A stretch of DNA of 64,000 bases from Macrostomum lignano (Eukaryota). Location: assembly GCA_002269645.1 (NCBI GenBank), contig NIVC01001688.1:185836-249835 (forward strand), in the 5' to 3' direction. The notes beneath the pieces were generated by a model. It worked only from the letters and a program-made list of their open reading frames with translations. It was not told the DNA's origin and did no database searches. Positions 1 through 11,499 of this stretch are shown in pieces. Position 1 is the stretch's first letter. The number at the start of each line of letters is the position of its first letter. The position numbers and the translations under genes were made by a program.

Positions 1-74
1 GTAGTGTATACGAGACAGCCTTTTAATTTACCTTGGATAGGCTTTTGGTTCGTTTTGCTGCTACTAAAGAGTCA

Positions 75-992
75 GTCTTTCACTCCGCTGCTACCTCAGG
101 CCTTTCACTCCGCTGCTACCTCAGGCCTTTCACTCCGCTGCTACCTCAGGGTCTTTCACTCCGCTGCTACCTCAGGCCTTTCACTCCGCTGCTACCTCAG
201 GCCTTTCACTCCGCTGCTACCTCAGGCCTTTCACTCCGCTGCTACCTCAGGCCTTTCACTCCGCTGCTACCTCAGGCCTTTCACTCCGCTGCTACCTCAG
301 GCCTTTCACTCCGCTGCTACCTCAGGCCTTTCACTCCGCTGCTACCTCAGGCCTTTCACTCCGCTGCTACCTCAGGCCTTTCACTCCGCTGCTACCTCAG
401 GCCTTTCACTCCGCTGCTACCTCAGGCCTTTCACTCCGCTGCTACCTCAGGGTCTTTCACTCCGCTGCTACCTCAGGCCTTTCACTCCGCTGCTACCTCA
501 GGCCTTTCACTCCGCTGCTACCTCAGGGTCTTTCACTCCGCTGCTACCTCAGGCCTTTCACTCCGCTGCTACCTCAGGCCTTTCACTCCGCTGCTACCTC
601 AGGGTCTTTCACTCCGCTGCTACCTCAGGGTCTTTCACTCCACTGCTACCTTAGGGTCTTTCACTCCGCTGCTACCTCAGGGTCTTTCATTCCGCTGCTA
701 CCTCAGGGTCTTTCATTCCGCTGCTACCTCAGGGTCTTTCACTCCGCTGCTACCTCAGGGTCTTTCACTCCGCTGCTACCTCAGGGTCTTTCACTCCGCT
801 GCTACCTCAGGGTCTTTCACTCCACTGCTACCTTAGGGTCTTTCATTCCGCTGCTACCTCAGGGTCTTTCATTCCGCTGCTACCTCAGGGTCTTTCATTC
901 CGCTGCTACCTCAGGGTCTTTCATTCCGCTGCTACCTCAGGGTCTTTCACTCCGCTGCTACCTCAGGGTCTTTCACTCCGCTGCTACCCCAG
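75..992. repeat. 25/26-bp minisatellite (ggcctttcactccgctgctacctca / gggtctttcactccgctgctacctca), roughly 36 copies, inside NDUFS1 intron 2
   Basis: Near-perfect tandem units read directly; ORFs 4..654 and 33..836 are translations of this repeat. Confidence 0.97.
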
Positions 993-1020
993 GATCCATC
1001 ACTTCCTCTCATCAACTCAC

Positions 1021-1248
1021 CTGCATATCGTTGCCTCGCCCGGTGGTGCCAAGATCTTCAACGCCGGCCACCTCGGAGGCGAATCGAACGCAGCGGGTGC
1101 AGTGAATGCAGCGGGTCATGATGGTCTTCACCAGCGGTCCGATGTTCTTGTCCTCGACTGCTCGCTTGCCGTCGTGCAGATTGTCAGTGAAGCGCGATCG
1201 GTCGCTGCCGAACACCATGGACTGGTCCTGCAGGTCGCACTCGCCTCC
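1021..1248 (-). CDS. NDUFS1: NADH:ubiquinone oxidoreductase 75 kDa subunit, coding exon 2 (gene continues off the left edge)
   Basis: Translates [20 protein letters not shown]...[49 protein letters not shown]; acceptor cgcag at 1249-1253 and donor GTGAGT at 1020-1015; 228 nt, phase 0 at both ends. Confidence 0.97.
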
Positions 1249-1261
1249 CTGCGATGGCGAT

Positions 1262-1822
1262 TTGGGGCGCGGCTTGGGAGCGATTCTTGGGAAGCTCTCA
1301 GGGCGATTTTGGGGCTTTCAGGGGCGATTCTTGGGAGGCTCTCAGGGCGATTTTGGGGCTTTCAGGGGCGATTCTTGGGAGGCTCTCAGGGCGATTCTTG
1401 GGAGGCTTTTAGGGGCGATTCTTGGGAGGCTCTCAGGGCGATTTTTGGGGCTTTCAGGGGCGATTCTTGGGAGGCTCTCAGGGCGATTCTTGGGAGGCTC
1501 TTAGGGGCGATTATTGGGAGGCTTTTAGGGGCGATTATTGGGAGGCTCTCAGGGCGATTCTTGGGAGGCTTTCGGGGCGATTCTTGGGGGCTTACAGGGG
1601 CGATTCTTGGAAGGCTTTTAGGGGCGATTCTTGGGAGGCTCTCAGGGGCGATTCTTGGGAGGCTCTCAGGGGCGATTCTTGGGAGGCTCTCAGGGACGAT
1701 TCTTGGGAGGCTTTTAGGGGCGATTCTTGGGAGGCTTTTAGGGGCGATTCTTGGGAGGCTTTCAGGGGCGATTATTGCGAGGCTTCTAGGGGCGATTCTT
1801 GGAAGGCTTTTAGGGGCGATTC
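1262..1822. repeat. 23-24-bp G-rich minisatellite (ggggcgattcttgggaggctctca) filling most of NDUFS1 intron 1
   Basis: About 24 tandem variant units between the donor (1911) and the acceptor (1249). Confidence 0.95.
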
Positions 1823-1911
1823 TAAGGAGTCTGATACAAGATGATTGCTTGGGGCCTTTTTAAATTTGTTTCAGAAGACTGTAAAGCATCTTGGCAAAAG
1901 CGCCCACACAC

Positions 1912-2325
1912 CTGATCGCAGATTGGACAATCCAGCGGATGATTAACCAGCAGAAATTCCATAACGCCTTCGCGAGCTTTCCGCGTCATCGGCGAGTCAG
2001 TCTTGACCCGCATGCCCTTCATCACTGGCATAGCGCAGCTGGCCACCGGCTTGATGGATTTCTCAACCTCCACCAGGCACATGCGGCAGTTGCCAGCGAT
2101 GGACAGGCGCTCGTGATAGCAGAATCGGGGAATTTCGACGCCGGCCAGAGCGCAGGCCTGCAGCACAGTCATGCCGGGGTCGCACTGGACCGGGTTGCCG
2201 TCGACAAATACTTCGATTTTGTTGCTGGCAGCCGCGGAAGCGGCGGCCGGAGCCGAGAAGGCGCGCACGCGGGCGCTAGCGGCGCCAGCCATGAGGCGCC
2301 TAGCGGAAGCGATTCGGCCGAGCAT
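1912..2325 (-). CDS. NDUFS1: NADH:ubiquinone oxidoreductase 75 kDa subunit, coding exon 1 with mitochondrial transit peptide
   Basis: ATG at 2325; Ala/Arg-rich presequence, then IEVFVDG...[25 protein letters not shown]...[16 protein letters not shown]; GT donor at 1911 splices in frame to exon 2 (CPICDQ|GGECDLQ). Confidence 0.97.
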
Positions 2326-2628
2326 AGCGGCTACTGGCTGTAGGTGCTGCGGATTGATTGGACGGTAATTATCAAAATTTTCGTTCTACTTATAGTAGCA
2401 CTGTGCAAACAAACCACGATAAAATATATTAATAAATTTTAGAAGTCGGAGGGCATATTTATTCAGAAAACTGACACAATAGGCCCTGAATTTTAGACAA
2501 CATCTTGAACACACAAGTCAGCTGTCCTCTAGTGAAAATGGGGGTCATATTCCTTGGAATAAGTTGTCTGTGATGCCAAAATAGCAAAATTTATGATCAC
2601 TGAGACCCTTGTCCTCCTATGTTTTCAG

Positions 2629-3600
2629 GAGTCTCCTATAAGTTTTTCTTATCTCTCGCGTGCTGTGAAACTATCCCGGCCGACAACGGCAACGTCGTCA
2701 GAGCATCTGCAGCGGGAGTACACCGCTCTGCAAAATGAAATTCACCTTTTTCAAGAGGCCGATTCCATCGCAACTTGTGACTTACACGAAGTGTGCCGCC
2801 AGCTGAACCGAGAGGACCGCATGCCTGAGACTTCATCAACTGTCTGTGTAGCGTGCTACATCTGCATGGCCAAAGACCACACTGTGAGCTGTGCTGTCAG
2901 TGGAATGCCCCTGAAGATGAATCGATTCAGGATCTCCAAATTGACACTAGGATATCTACGCTTAGCCAACTGGTCAACCTCATGTCGCGATTGGAGAACT
3001 AAATTGAGGATGCCAGCAAGACTAGCGCCTGCACTCAGGATGCTAGGATTGTGCGTTTGGTGGACATGGCAGAGGACCTGCTCGACGCAGTGAAAGCTCT
3101 GGCGGACAATCGTACTGTCAACTTCATCTTGGAGCAGCTGAGGCTCAGCTGGAAGCCATCAAACTCACGGAGGTATTCACAGGAGCTCTTCGTGTTCTCC
3201 TATCTGATTTACTCAATCAGTGCCTCCGCCTACAAGACAATGCTAGACCAGGATGAACTCTGTCAGCCGTCTCAATCGTAAACTAAGGTCTATCACTGCT
3301 AGAGTTGACTCTTAAGATGGTCTGGGTAGTGAAAGCTAACTCAAACTGAGAGCATCGAAGCTGTCGCAATTTGAGAGGGTAGTCACTAGTTTTTGATGAG
3401 ATCTATGTCGCTAGCAGGGTCGAGTACGGCAGCGGCCAGGTAACTGAATTAGACGAAGAGCTGGACCGTGTAGTTCCTGGAGTGCTTCGCATTTTTGACC
3501 ACCTGTACAAAGGGCCACAATGTCAAGACTGCACTGGCGAGGGCAATTTTCAACCGCATGATGAAGAACCTGACAAAAGAGCTCTCTAGTCCCGAGTGTG
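2629..3600 (+). pseudogene. Degenerate P-element/THAP9-type transposase fragment
   Basis: FILEQLRLSWKPSNSRRYSQELFVFSYLIYSISASAYKTML..LCQPSQS, then across frameshifts KLRSITARVDS...LVFDEIYVASRVEYGSGQV (FDE catalytic-like motif), then CTKGHNVK...IFNRMMKNL; several stops and a large internal deletion. Confidence 0.7.
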
Positions 3601-3899
3601 GCAAGAAGCGAAACTCTCAAAATGGTCCATCACTGCTTAGTGCTGTACAGCCCTCCACCACCTCAGCTGTATGCAGCCCCGCAGGCCTGCCAGGTGGGCT
3701 CAGTAAGGCCAGCTCATTACACGACCTCAGACTCGACAGCCAGCAATCTAGTGCCGCCCCCATCCAAGCGCAGACACCAGTCTGCCACTCCAAGGTGCTA
3801 TTCCGAGTTCTGTGTACAACACTTGCCAGGGGATGTGGTAGGCAAGGCCTCTCCCACTGATCCCACTGACTGAAATATTTTGCCTCTGTGGATTGCTCA

Positions 3900-6800
3900 C
3901 CTAGTGAAATTTGTATTATGTGTATTGACATCATTTCCCTGCGTGGAAAATTCCCTTTTCTCCAGGGAGAAAAGGGAGCCAGACCCACTCTTGTTTGAAA
4001 CCCCCTTTGTCTTATTCCGGATATGAGAGGACCCTAAGTATAAGCCAAACTTTCCCAACCCAACAGGCTCCTCTCCCAATATATTTGCGAATTTATTTTG
4101 TCTAACAACTTGATCAATTATAATATTCTGTAGCCTGGTTAGCACTTCTAAGAGTGCAAATGCTTATTAAGTGCAGATCAACTATTGTAAAGCTATTGTC
4201 TTAAACCTTTGTGACCTAAAAGCATTAATTGACCCTTGGTAGTCTAATTTAAGAGAAGTTCTTAGGCAAGTTTGAGCCAATTAAGTCCTAGAGCTTTTCT
4301 CTCAAAATTATTGCAATTGTGGCAGCAACTACTACTTTTAGTACAATACTTAGGAAATTATAGCTTATTTTAAGTTCTCTATAGTGGCTAAAATTCTAAA
4401 ACTTGGCATTCTAAGAGATGGCATTAAAATCTTATCTAACATATAATTATAAAATGATCATTGATTTTGATATTCTTTTCCAATATGTATAAGTTCTATT
4501 ATTAGTAATAAAAGTTTTGCAAATAATAAACCTTGAGGCCATTGCAATAATCCAAGATTATCAATAATTTATAAGCATAGCATTAAAAAAATACCAGTAG
4601 ACATTCTTTATAAAAACATTCTGTTTCAAATTTAACTTGCTATATAATAACCTTTTTGTTGTTTGCCTTTTTGATTATTGTGATAACATACAGTGTAGTT
4701 ATGTTGTATGAGGGGTTGAAAGGAAATGGGATAGGAATGTTCTTTGTCACGATGTGTCACCCAGTGCTTGCTTGTTTATTCCTTCCTTTTCCCTTTGTCC
4801 TTTTGCTATATGTACATATATGAGACCCTTGAGGGTCTTTGTTGCTTGCTAAATATATAGAAGCAATGGGCTCTTTTGGAGCCTCAATCTTACTTTTGCA
4901 GTAGACAGTCTACAAAAATTATATTGCATAGTACAAAGATTTTTTATGGGCCAAAAACAATTTTATAAGATTTAAGCACATCAAATATATACCATACTCC
5001 CAAAAATACATTTTTAGGGGAAAAGACCATTTTTAATATATGGAATCTCATGTGCAATAAAGTCCTAGGCAGTCTAATACCACATCATGTGCATAGTGTG
5101 CATCAAGGAGTTAAAAAGTTTTTTTGGCATGCTTCATGCAACAGCATGATGTATAAAAAGAAAAATGCATGGCACTACAATCAAAGCTATCTAATAGCTG
5201 TGCCACAAAAAAATTCAGTCCTTTCAGTCTAACCCTCCCACCTGCAGTATGTAGAGCAAAAAAATTCTTGCATGCACAGTGTATATTCAAGACTATAGAA
5301 TATATATAGCCTACCAATGAATTATAAACATACATGCGCAACTGCTGGCCGACCTGGCCGATCTGGCCACGGTAAATTGTGGTGGACCAGGGGTAAGTCG
5401 CAAAAATGCCCACCCCAAAGAATAGACGTAGTACTAATTAGATGACGAGGCTTTAGCCCTTATAAGAGAGTCATAGTTACTCCTGCCGTTTACCCAAAAT
5501 TGTGTTAATGTTGCTCTAGGGTTTCTTTCACAGGTAAGTCGCATTTTTGGTCAAAAAGTAAGTCGCGTGGCCAGTGTAAATCAGGGGGGTTGCGCATGTA
5601 TGATTATAAAGGGCTAATGTATGCTAGAAAATTCTGGCATATAGGACACCTTAACAATGAAATCTTGGGATTATTAATATATATTGTATTAAGACCATAA
5701 CCATAACTCCTTACTCCCAAATATTATATATATGCTAGAAAATTCAAGTGTACAAGGGACAAAAATGGGTGGTACAAAATATCTAGCATACAGACTAATC
5801 TAATGGAAAATTGCATCCTAGAGCTGGCATATAGCATAGTTGTATTGGAATACAAAAGACTAAAATGTTGTAATGCAAGAAAAGATCACTGTAGTCCTAT
5901 ATTGTCAAAATACAAAAAGGCCTTATATTGTCACAATACCTTTATGATAATATCCAACATATACCTTATAAGTAAATTAGTTTTTCTGGTATAAACTTGA
6001 ATTTATAGTGTAAGGGATCACTTTTTCCAGCATACTATATAATAGATTTGAAAGTGTGGCCATAACCTAATCATTGCAATGCCAAAGAAGGACTATTGGC
6101 TAAATATATAGATAACTATAAGAGATTTACAACAACAACAACAACAACAAAATACACAACCCCATATGCACAGTCACAGTTAGAGCAGGGCGTGTCAGAT
6201 GGCGCGCTGCAGAGCCTGGGAGTGAACAAAGTCTGCTCTGTTGGCAGTGTCATGCATCCCAGCATCGCATAGCAGGCAGTCCATGTATTGACAGGTTTGG
6301 GCCTAACTCTGCCTGAATGGACCCTGCAAGGTGAGCAGCAGGACATCCTGAACAGGTTGGGGGCAATAGCCATTGGCTACCTTTGTGGGCTACAAGAGAA
6401 GGCAGCAGAACACATGCAGGTGGAATGCTACGAGGAGACTGGCGCAACTCAATCATGCTCTTATGCACTCTTACACCCTTTGCAAAATGATACAGATTTA
6501 CAAGTTATTCTAAGAAACATATATAAAACATTCTAGGCCTGTAGACCACTTGGTAAATAATAAAAATGCTAACTAATATTTGGCCTTAGCCATAGTTTGG
6601 ATAGCATATCAGTGTATGCTGGGTCCAATAAGAGAAAAAGTATAGTACCACATTTGTATGCCAGGACTATAGGACAAAAAATGTTTTTAACTATGTATGT
6701 TGTCAAAGTTGTATGCTTGTTTTTATTTTTGAATTCATTATTCATGCAGAGTAAAAAACTAAAATTAGGCCTTTTTTGCAATTTTACAATATTCACTAAG

Positions 6801-8233
6801 AAAAGATAATTATAAAAAATTTTTTAATTATTCCTTGACAGTGTTGACAGTGTTGCATATAGAATATTTTATATAGTCACTTTATTTGATCCTAATATGT
6901 TTGCAGGTATGCCATAGATATAAGCCAAAAATTCTCTACTGTGTCATATATGCTAAGATATATGCTAATGTACACTGAAAAATAGGCTAGCAAGTACCCT
7001 TGTTATATGCCAAGAAATCTTAGCATAGGCCTACATGTTGCTTTTTGAACTATGATATGGGTAGGGCCTTAGTTAGGCCTAGTAGAGGCCATAGTCCAGA
7101 TTATGCTGGGTGCATGCCAAAACAAAAATTGAATAATTATAAATATATGCCAAAAAAAATTAGTGCATGTCCATTCTCAAAAATATGCCAATGTTGCAAT
7201 AATAAATGACCTTTTTTAAATTGAATAGGCCTAATAGACCCTTATTAGCAGATAATTTGGTTGATTTTTATGCTTTTTTGGCAATAGGCCTATTATCTAT
7301 AGTGGAAAATTGATACATATAAAGATTTGTTTAAATGCTTTTTACAAGCTTAAAAAACCAGAAAGCTTAAAATTTACACTTAAAAAATAATTTTCTTCAT
7401 CTTTTTTCTACTTCACAATAACTTTTACACATGATTCATAAAGTGCATGCCAGGTGTGCACTTATACTATTTTCTGAGGAATGATACATGCCAACTGTGC
7501 ATGCCTAATTTTGGCATGCAAGGCCAATGCACACCCAAAATTTTGGGCATATATTATATGATCCAGAATGTGGAATAGAGGGCCTATAAAATTAAAATGC
7601 TATGCTACCAATAAGAAATAGAAATACTGATTTTATACTTATCTTATTCTAAGATATATGCTTAGAAGATAAACCTAGGTCTAAGGAAATTATGTTTAGT
7701 CTATAACTAGTATATAATAATTGAATAAATACCTCTGTTAAAACTTATTAAAGCTTTTTGGAACTTCAATGTGCAATATAGCCCTACTACAACTGTGATA
7801 GCATTAGTGAGATCAAAGCAAAAGCCTATGGCTATGTCAATTTTAGTAAATTAGTAGCAATTTTAGTTTGAATTTATAACAGATAGAAGAAAACCCTAGG
7901 ACAATATTAAAATAAGTTGGGTAAAAGTTACAAATTTGTTGTATAAAAAGTAAAACAAGGGCTAGGCCTAGGCCTAGTTACTTTTTAAAAGTATATTTTC
8001 TAAAGCATGCATACATAGCTGATAGCACAAGTCCTAACCTGTTAAAGCAGTGATTGAATTGTCAATTGATGACTTAACTTAATTTTTTTAATACCATGTC
8101 TAGCCTAGGCCCTGCAAGGCTGCATCTGCATGTAGGTTAGGCCTATACAAAAAAGTATGTCTGTTCTAAAAAATAAAAAATGGATCCCAAATCTATCAGT
8201 TAGACTAGTTACAGTTACAGTAAAAGTCCACTT
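3900..8233. other. AT-rich, strongly CpG-depleted block
   Basis: No CG seen by eye in 6445-8233; also none in about 4090-4745, 4752-5335 and 5597-6190; GpC, TpG and CpA are plentiful. Confidence 0.85.
6195..6372 (-). pseudogene. Decayed coding-like fragment of unknown origin, paralog of 9270-9470
   Basis: Aligns by eye with 9270-9450 (shared cagcaggcagtcc, gaccctgca-ggtgagcag, acaggttgggggca); both read YCPQPVQD.LLT.QG.FR...AQT..Y.DCLLCDA on the minus strand. Confidence 0.7.
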
Positions 8234-8540
8234 CGACGAAAGACATAAGGTCAAGGAGCTCAGCTCTCATTCAGACAAAATTTGCGAAAGAGACTTTTCT
8301 GGGAATATCTCGACCCATTTCGAACGACAAACCCAATTAAAATGACTTGAACGCTTTAAATTAAGAGCCAGCACGGCAAGGCCAACATGTTTACTCTCTC
8401 AAAAAATATTAATTTGGATTTTACTATGTGTTTTTAGGAGTAAAGGGCAGGATCGAGTCATTTTTTGTTTTATTTATCTACTTTAATCTAACGTACATCG
8501 TTTCCTTTACTCGGGAGCATTACTCAGGATAATTCGGGAG

Positions 8541-9764
8541 CACCCCAACTGCCAGCCGGAAAACTGCCAGCCGACAACTGCCAGTCGACAACTGCCAGCC
8601 GACAACTGCCAGCCGACAACTGCCAGCCGGAAAACTGCCAGCCGACAATTGCCAGCCGAAAACTGCCAGCCGACAATTGCCAGCCGACAACTGCCAGTCG
8701 ACAATTGCCAGCCGACAACTGCCAGCCGAGAAAACTGCCAGCCGGAAAACTGCCAGCCGACAACTGCCAGTCGACAATTGCCAGCCGACAACTGCCAGCC
8801 GAGAAACCTGCCAGCCGGAAAACTGCCAGCCGACAACTGCCAGTCGACAACTGCCATCCGAGAAATCTGCCAGCCGACAAGTTCTAGCTAATTGAATCTA
8901 CTGTAGCCTACTTATTAGCTAAGTAAAAAGCACGAAACTGTTTGGCTAGCAAAAGGCTTGTGGGGTAGCATTAAATGTCGCTCTTCCCTTCCCTAATTTT
9001 TTTCAGATTTCCATTAGAAGTATATATGTGAAGGAGAAGGCATTCTGTAATGCCTATTGTAAATATTTTTGTATTGAAAGTTCATTTACTTTATTATTTA
9101 ATTTGCGATTGCGATTGTTATATGACGCAATCCTAGAAAAGTCTATTAAATTACTTTACTTAAATAAAGCTTTCGTAGCCCCGTAGAATAGCTTCTAATA
9201 CGAGCTATAGAAACAACATGAACAATAAATTACATTAGCCCAAGAGTTACAGAAATAGGGGCAGTGTCCAATGGCTCGCCGCAGAGCTAGCAAGAGAACG
9301 AAGTCCACCCGCCGGCGGTGTCCAGCGCATTGGCGTCGCACAGCAGGCAGTCCAGTGAGTCCACATATCGCTGAGTTTGAGCCTGGCCCCGCCTGAACAG
9401 ACCCTGCATGGTGAGCAGGATGTCCTGGACAGGTTGGGGGCAGTAGCTTTCGGCACGGATGACGTAGTCCGAGCTATATTTTTTACAGCTGTCTGCATTA
9501 ATATTAGTGGTACTCCAGCTAGCACTTGTCCGGCTGGCAGTTTTCCGGCTGGCAGTTTTCCGGCTGGCAGTTTTCTCGGCTGGCAGTTGTCGGCTGGCAA
9601 TTGTCGACTGGCAGTTGTCGGCTGGCAATTGTCGGCTGGCAGTTTTCGGCTGGCAATTGTCGGCTGGCAGTTTTCCGGCTGGCAGTTGTCGGCTGGCAGT
9701 TGTCGGCTGGCAGTTGTCGGCTGGCAATTGTCGGCTGGCAGTTTTCCGGCTGGCAGTTAGGGTG
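8541..9764. mobile_element. Foldback-like structure: two inverted arms of 14-bp tandem subrepeats (aactgccagccgac) around a spacer of about 630 bp
   Basis: Left arm 8541-8890 starts cacccc-aactgccagccggaaaactg and ends acaagttctagct; right arm 9518-9764 is the reverse complement (caccct-aactgccagccgg ... acaagtgctagct); no clear TSD. Confidence 0.7.
9270..9470 (-). pseudogene. Coding-like fragment within the foldback spacer, paralog of 6195-6372
   Basis: YVIRAESYCPQPVQDILLTMQGLFRRGQAQTQRYVDSLDCLLCDANALDTA with GC-rich third positions; family not recognised. Confidence 0.55.
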
Positions 9765-10017
9765 GACCCGATAATTCGCATTGGTATTCAATTTTTTTCA
9801 AAAACTAAGCAAGAAGTTCTCACAGTAAAAAACTACACACTACGAGTAAACAGCAACTGATAAACGAAGGTCAAATCAGATCGGTATGTTATCTGATAAC
9901 TTTTTATATGCTTTCTAGGCATGGCACCAGACCCAATAAAATCGAATAAGACACTTAATTAAAGACACCAAGCGAACTCAGTCAGCTTAGAAATGTATTT
10001 TAGTTTAATATTTTTTA

Positions 10018-10183
10018 GTTCGAACTTGCCTCCAGATTGCACTTTCTCGAAAATCTTATGAAAATCGGTTATGCCGTTTTTCTCTAATCGATCACATAGA
10101 TAGATAGATAGATACCGACAAACCATTTTTAGTATAGTGGATTTTTAAAGTTCGAACTTGCCTCCAGATTGCACTTTCTCGAA
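10018..10183 (+). mobile_element. DINE-1/HINE-like non-autonomous Helentron-type fragment flanked by a 34-bp direct repeat
   Basis: Core tgaaaatcggttatgccgttt followed by (gata)n and ttagtatagtggat; gttcgaacttgcctccagattgcactttctcgaa occurs at 10018 and 10150. Confidence 0.55.
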
Positions 10184-10199
10184 TGGGGCTAACAGATTT

Positions 10200-10700
10200 C
10201 AAAAAATGGCATTGGCAAAAGTGCTAAGCATCTTCATTGTTGTTGTATTCGCAAAAAGGGAAAAGTTCATTCTCGAGGTCGCCTCGGAGGAAGCAGTGTC
10301 TGGCGAGGTAGCCATGGCCGGTAAGGGTCATGACGAGGGAATATCCTTCCGGTTTTGGTTCAGAAGGATGTTCCTGAGCCTGCGAGAGGGGCACGGGACC
10401 GCGGCGCGTGATTGCCAGCAGTTCTGGGTGCCCGCCCATCTGTCCCTGTGAAGGGAATCAGCCCAGTCACCGATCTGACGATTGATGGCCGTAGAAGGGA
10501 TAGGGATCAGGGGTTCTTGACCTGGACGACGACCTGGCGCTCGTATTTCCATACAGCTCTTTTGATAGACAGGAAGCAGAGCTGTGAGCTGACGAAGCAG
10601 CTGGTATGGTATCTAGTGCGACTGCGGTGCATCGGGACACCCTGAGCGCCAAGGCACCACTGCAGAGGGCGGCTAACAAACTAGCTGGCGGCATCGATGG
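10200..10700 (-). mobile_element. 3' fragment of an RNase H-class non-LTR retrotransposon (I/LOA/R1-like), degenerate
   Basis: Minus strand reads DWADSLHRDRWAGTQNCWQSRAAVPCP...LVMTLTGHGYLARHCFLRGDLENELFPFCEYNNNEDA*HF, matching the LTGH..L..H / CxxC..H..C C-terminus of such elements. Confidence 0.65.
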
Positions 10701-10789
10701 CGAAAGTGTGTAACAGCATGATTTGAGGGGAATAAAATTTAAAATTACCCGTAGAATTAAAAAGCACTAGAAATGTAAAGAATTTTTTT

Positions 10790-11428
10790 TGTTGTGCTGT
10801 GTTGCGTCAGCGAGGGCTCCACCTTCCCATCCTTTTTTCTCCCCCCCCCTCGCGCTGGGTTGGGCCGGCCGGTCGGGCTGGGGTTTGGGGGCTTAAGCCT
10901 CACCCTAGTCTGGCCTACGGCCTGCCCAGATCCCCGGTCTCGTGCGCGGGCCGTCTCAAGTTTGCTCACCCCTCCCCGGCTGGCGGCTTGTGATTGGCTG
11001 GCCAGCAGGGTGGTATGTACTTGGTTATTGTCTATTGGTTTGCCCTCCTCCCCTTTTTAACTTGTAATTTTAACTTTTTAACCCCCCCCCGTTCCGTCCC
11101 TATCGCCCTTCTTGGCCCGCTGGTGGCAGTGCAGTAAAGTAATAATAAACACGTGACGTTCGGTACGCGGTTTACTCGGCGCGTTGTTGGAGTCTGCCGA
11201 AATACAGGTGTGAGTCTCTTTCTTCTCCATGGTGCCGCGCGGGATCGAAACGACTGGGAACTTTCGCAGTATTCAGGGGCTGGAAAGCAAACTTTCGCCA
11301 GCCGGAAGAGACTGAACTCTCACAGCGTTAGAGACAGGCGTAGGCGGGACCTGGGTGTCTCCCAGCTAGGCATACTCTAGCCGGATTTGCAGCACCTGGG
11401 GCCATCCCGGGTGGAGGGGGGTACAACA
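10790..11428 (+). mobile_element. 5' LTR of a truncated LTR retrotransposon
   Basis: Termini TGTTGT...ACAACA (6-bp inverted repeat); GC-rich U3, AATAAA near 11143; followed 2 nt later by a PBS. Confidence 0.85.
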
Positions 11429-11430
11429 AG

Positions 11431-11448
11431 TGGTGCCGTGACCAGGAT
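11431..11448 (+). promoter_or_regulatory. Primer binding site complementary to the tRNA-His(GUG) 3' end
   Basis: TGGTGCCGTGACCAGGAT is the reverse complement of ATCCTGGTCACGGCA+CCA, the 3' end of invertebrate tRNA-His as recalled from known sequences. Confidence 0.85.
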
Positions 11449-11499
11449 CCCAGTTATTTGCATGTCTGTGTGACTGTCAGCTGAATACGTGAATATTGC

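Noticed and set aside
4-1863. Long ORFs 4..654, 33..836, 1102..1863 and 1422..1844
   Set aside because: They are translations of stop-free minisatellites lying in NDUFS1 introns
8507-9860. Clusters of overlapping ORFs in the foldback arms
   Set aside because: Artefacts of the 14-bp tandem unit
10420-10445. Plus-strand WVPAH resembling an RNase H motif
   Set aside because: The minus strand gives a longer coherent non-LTR C-terminus (LTGHGYL...C..H), so the plus-strand match looks coincidental
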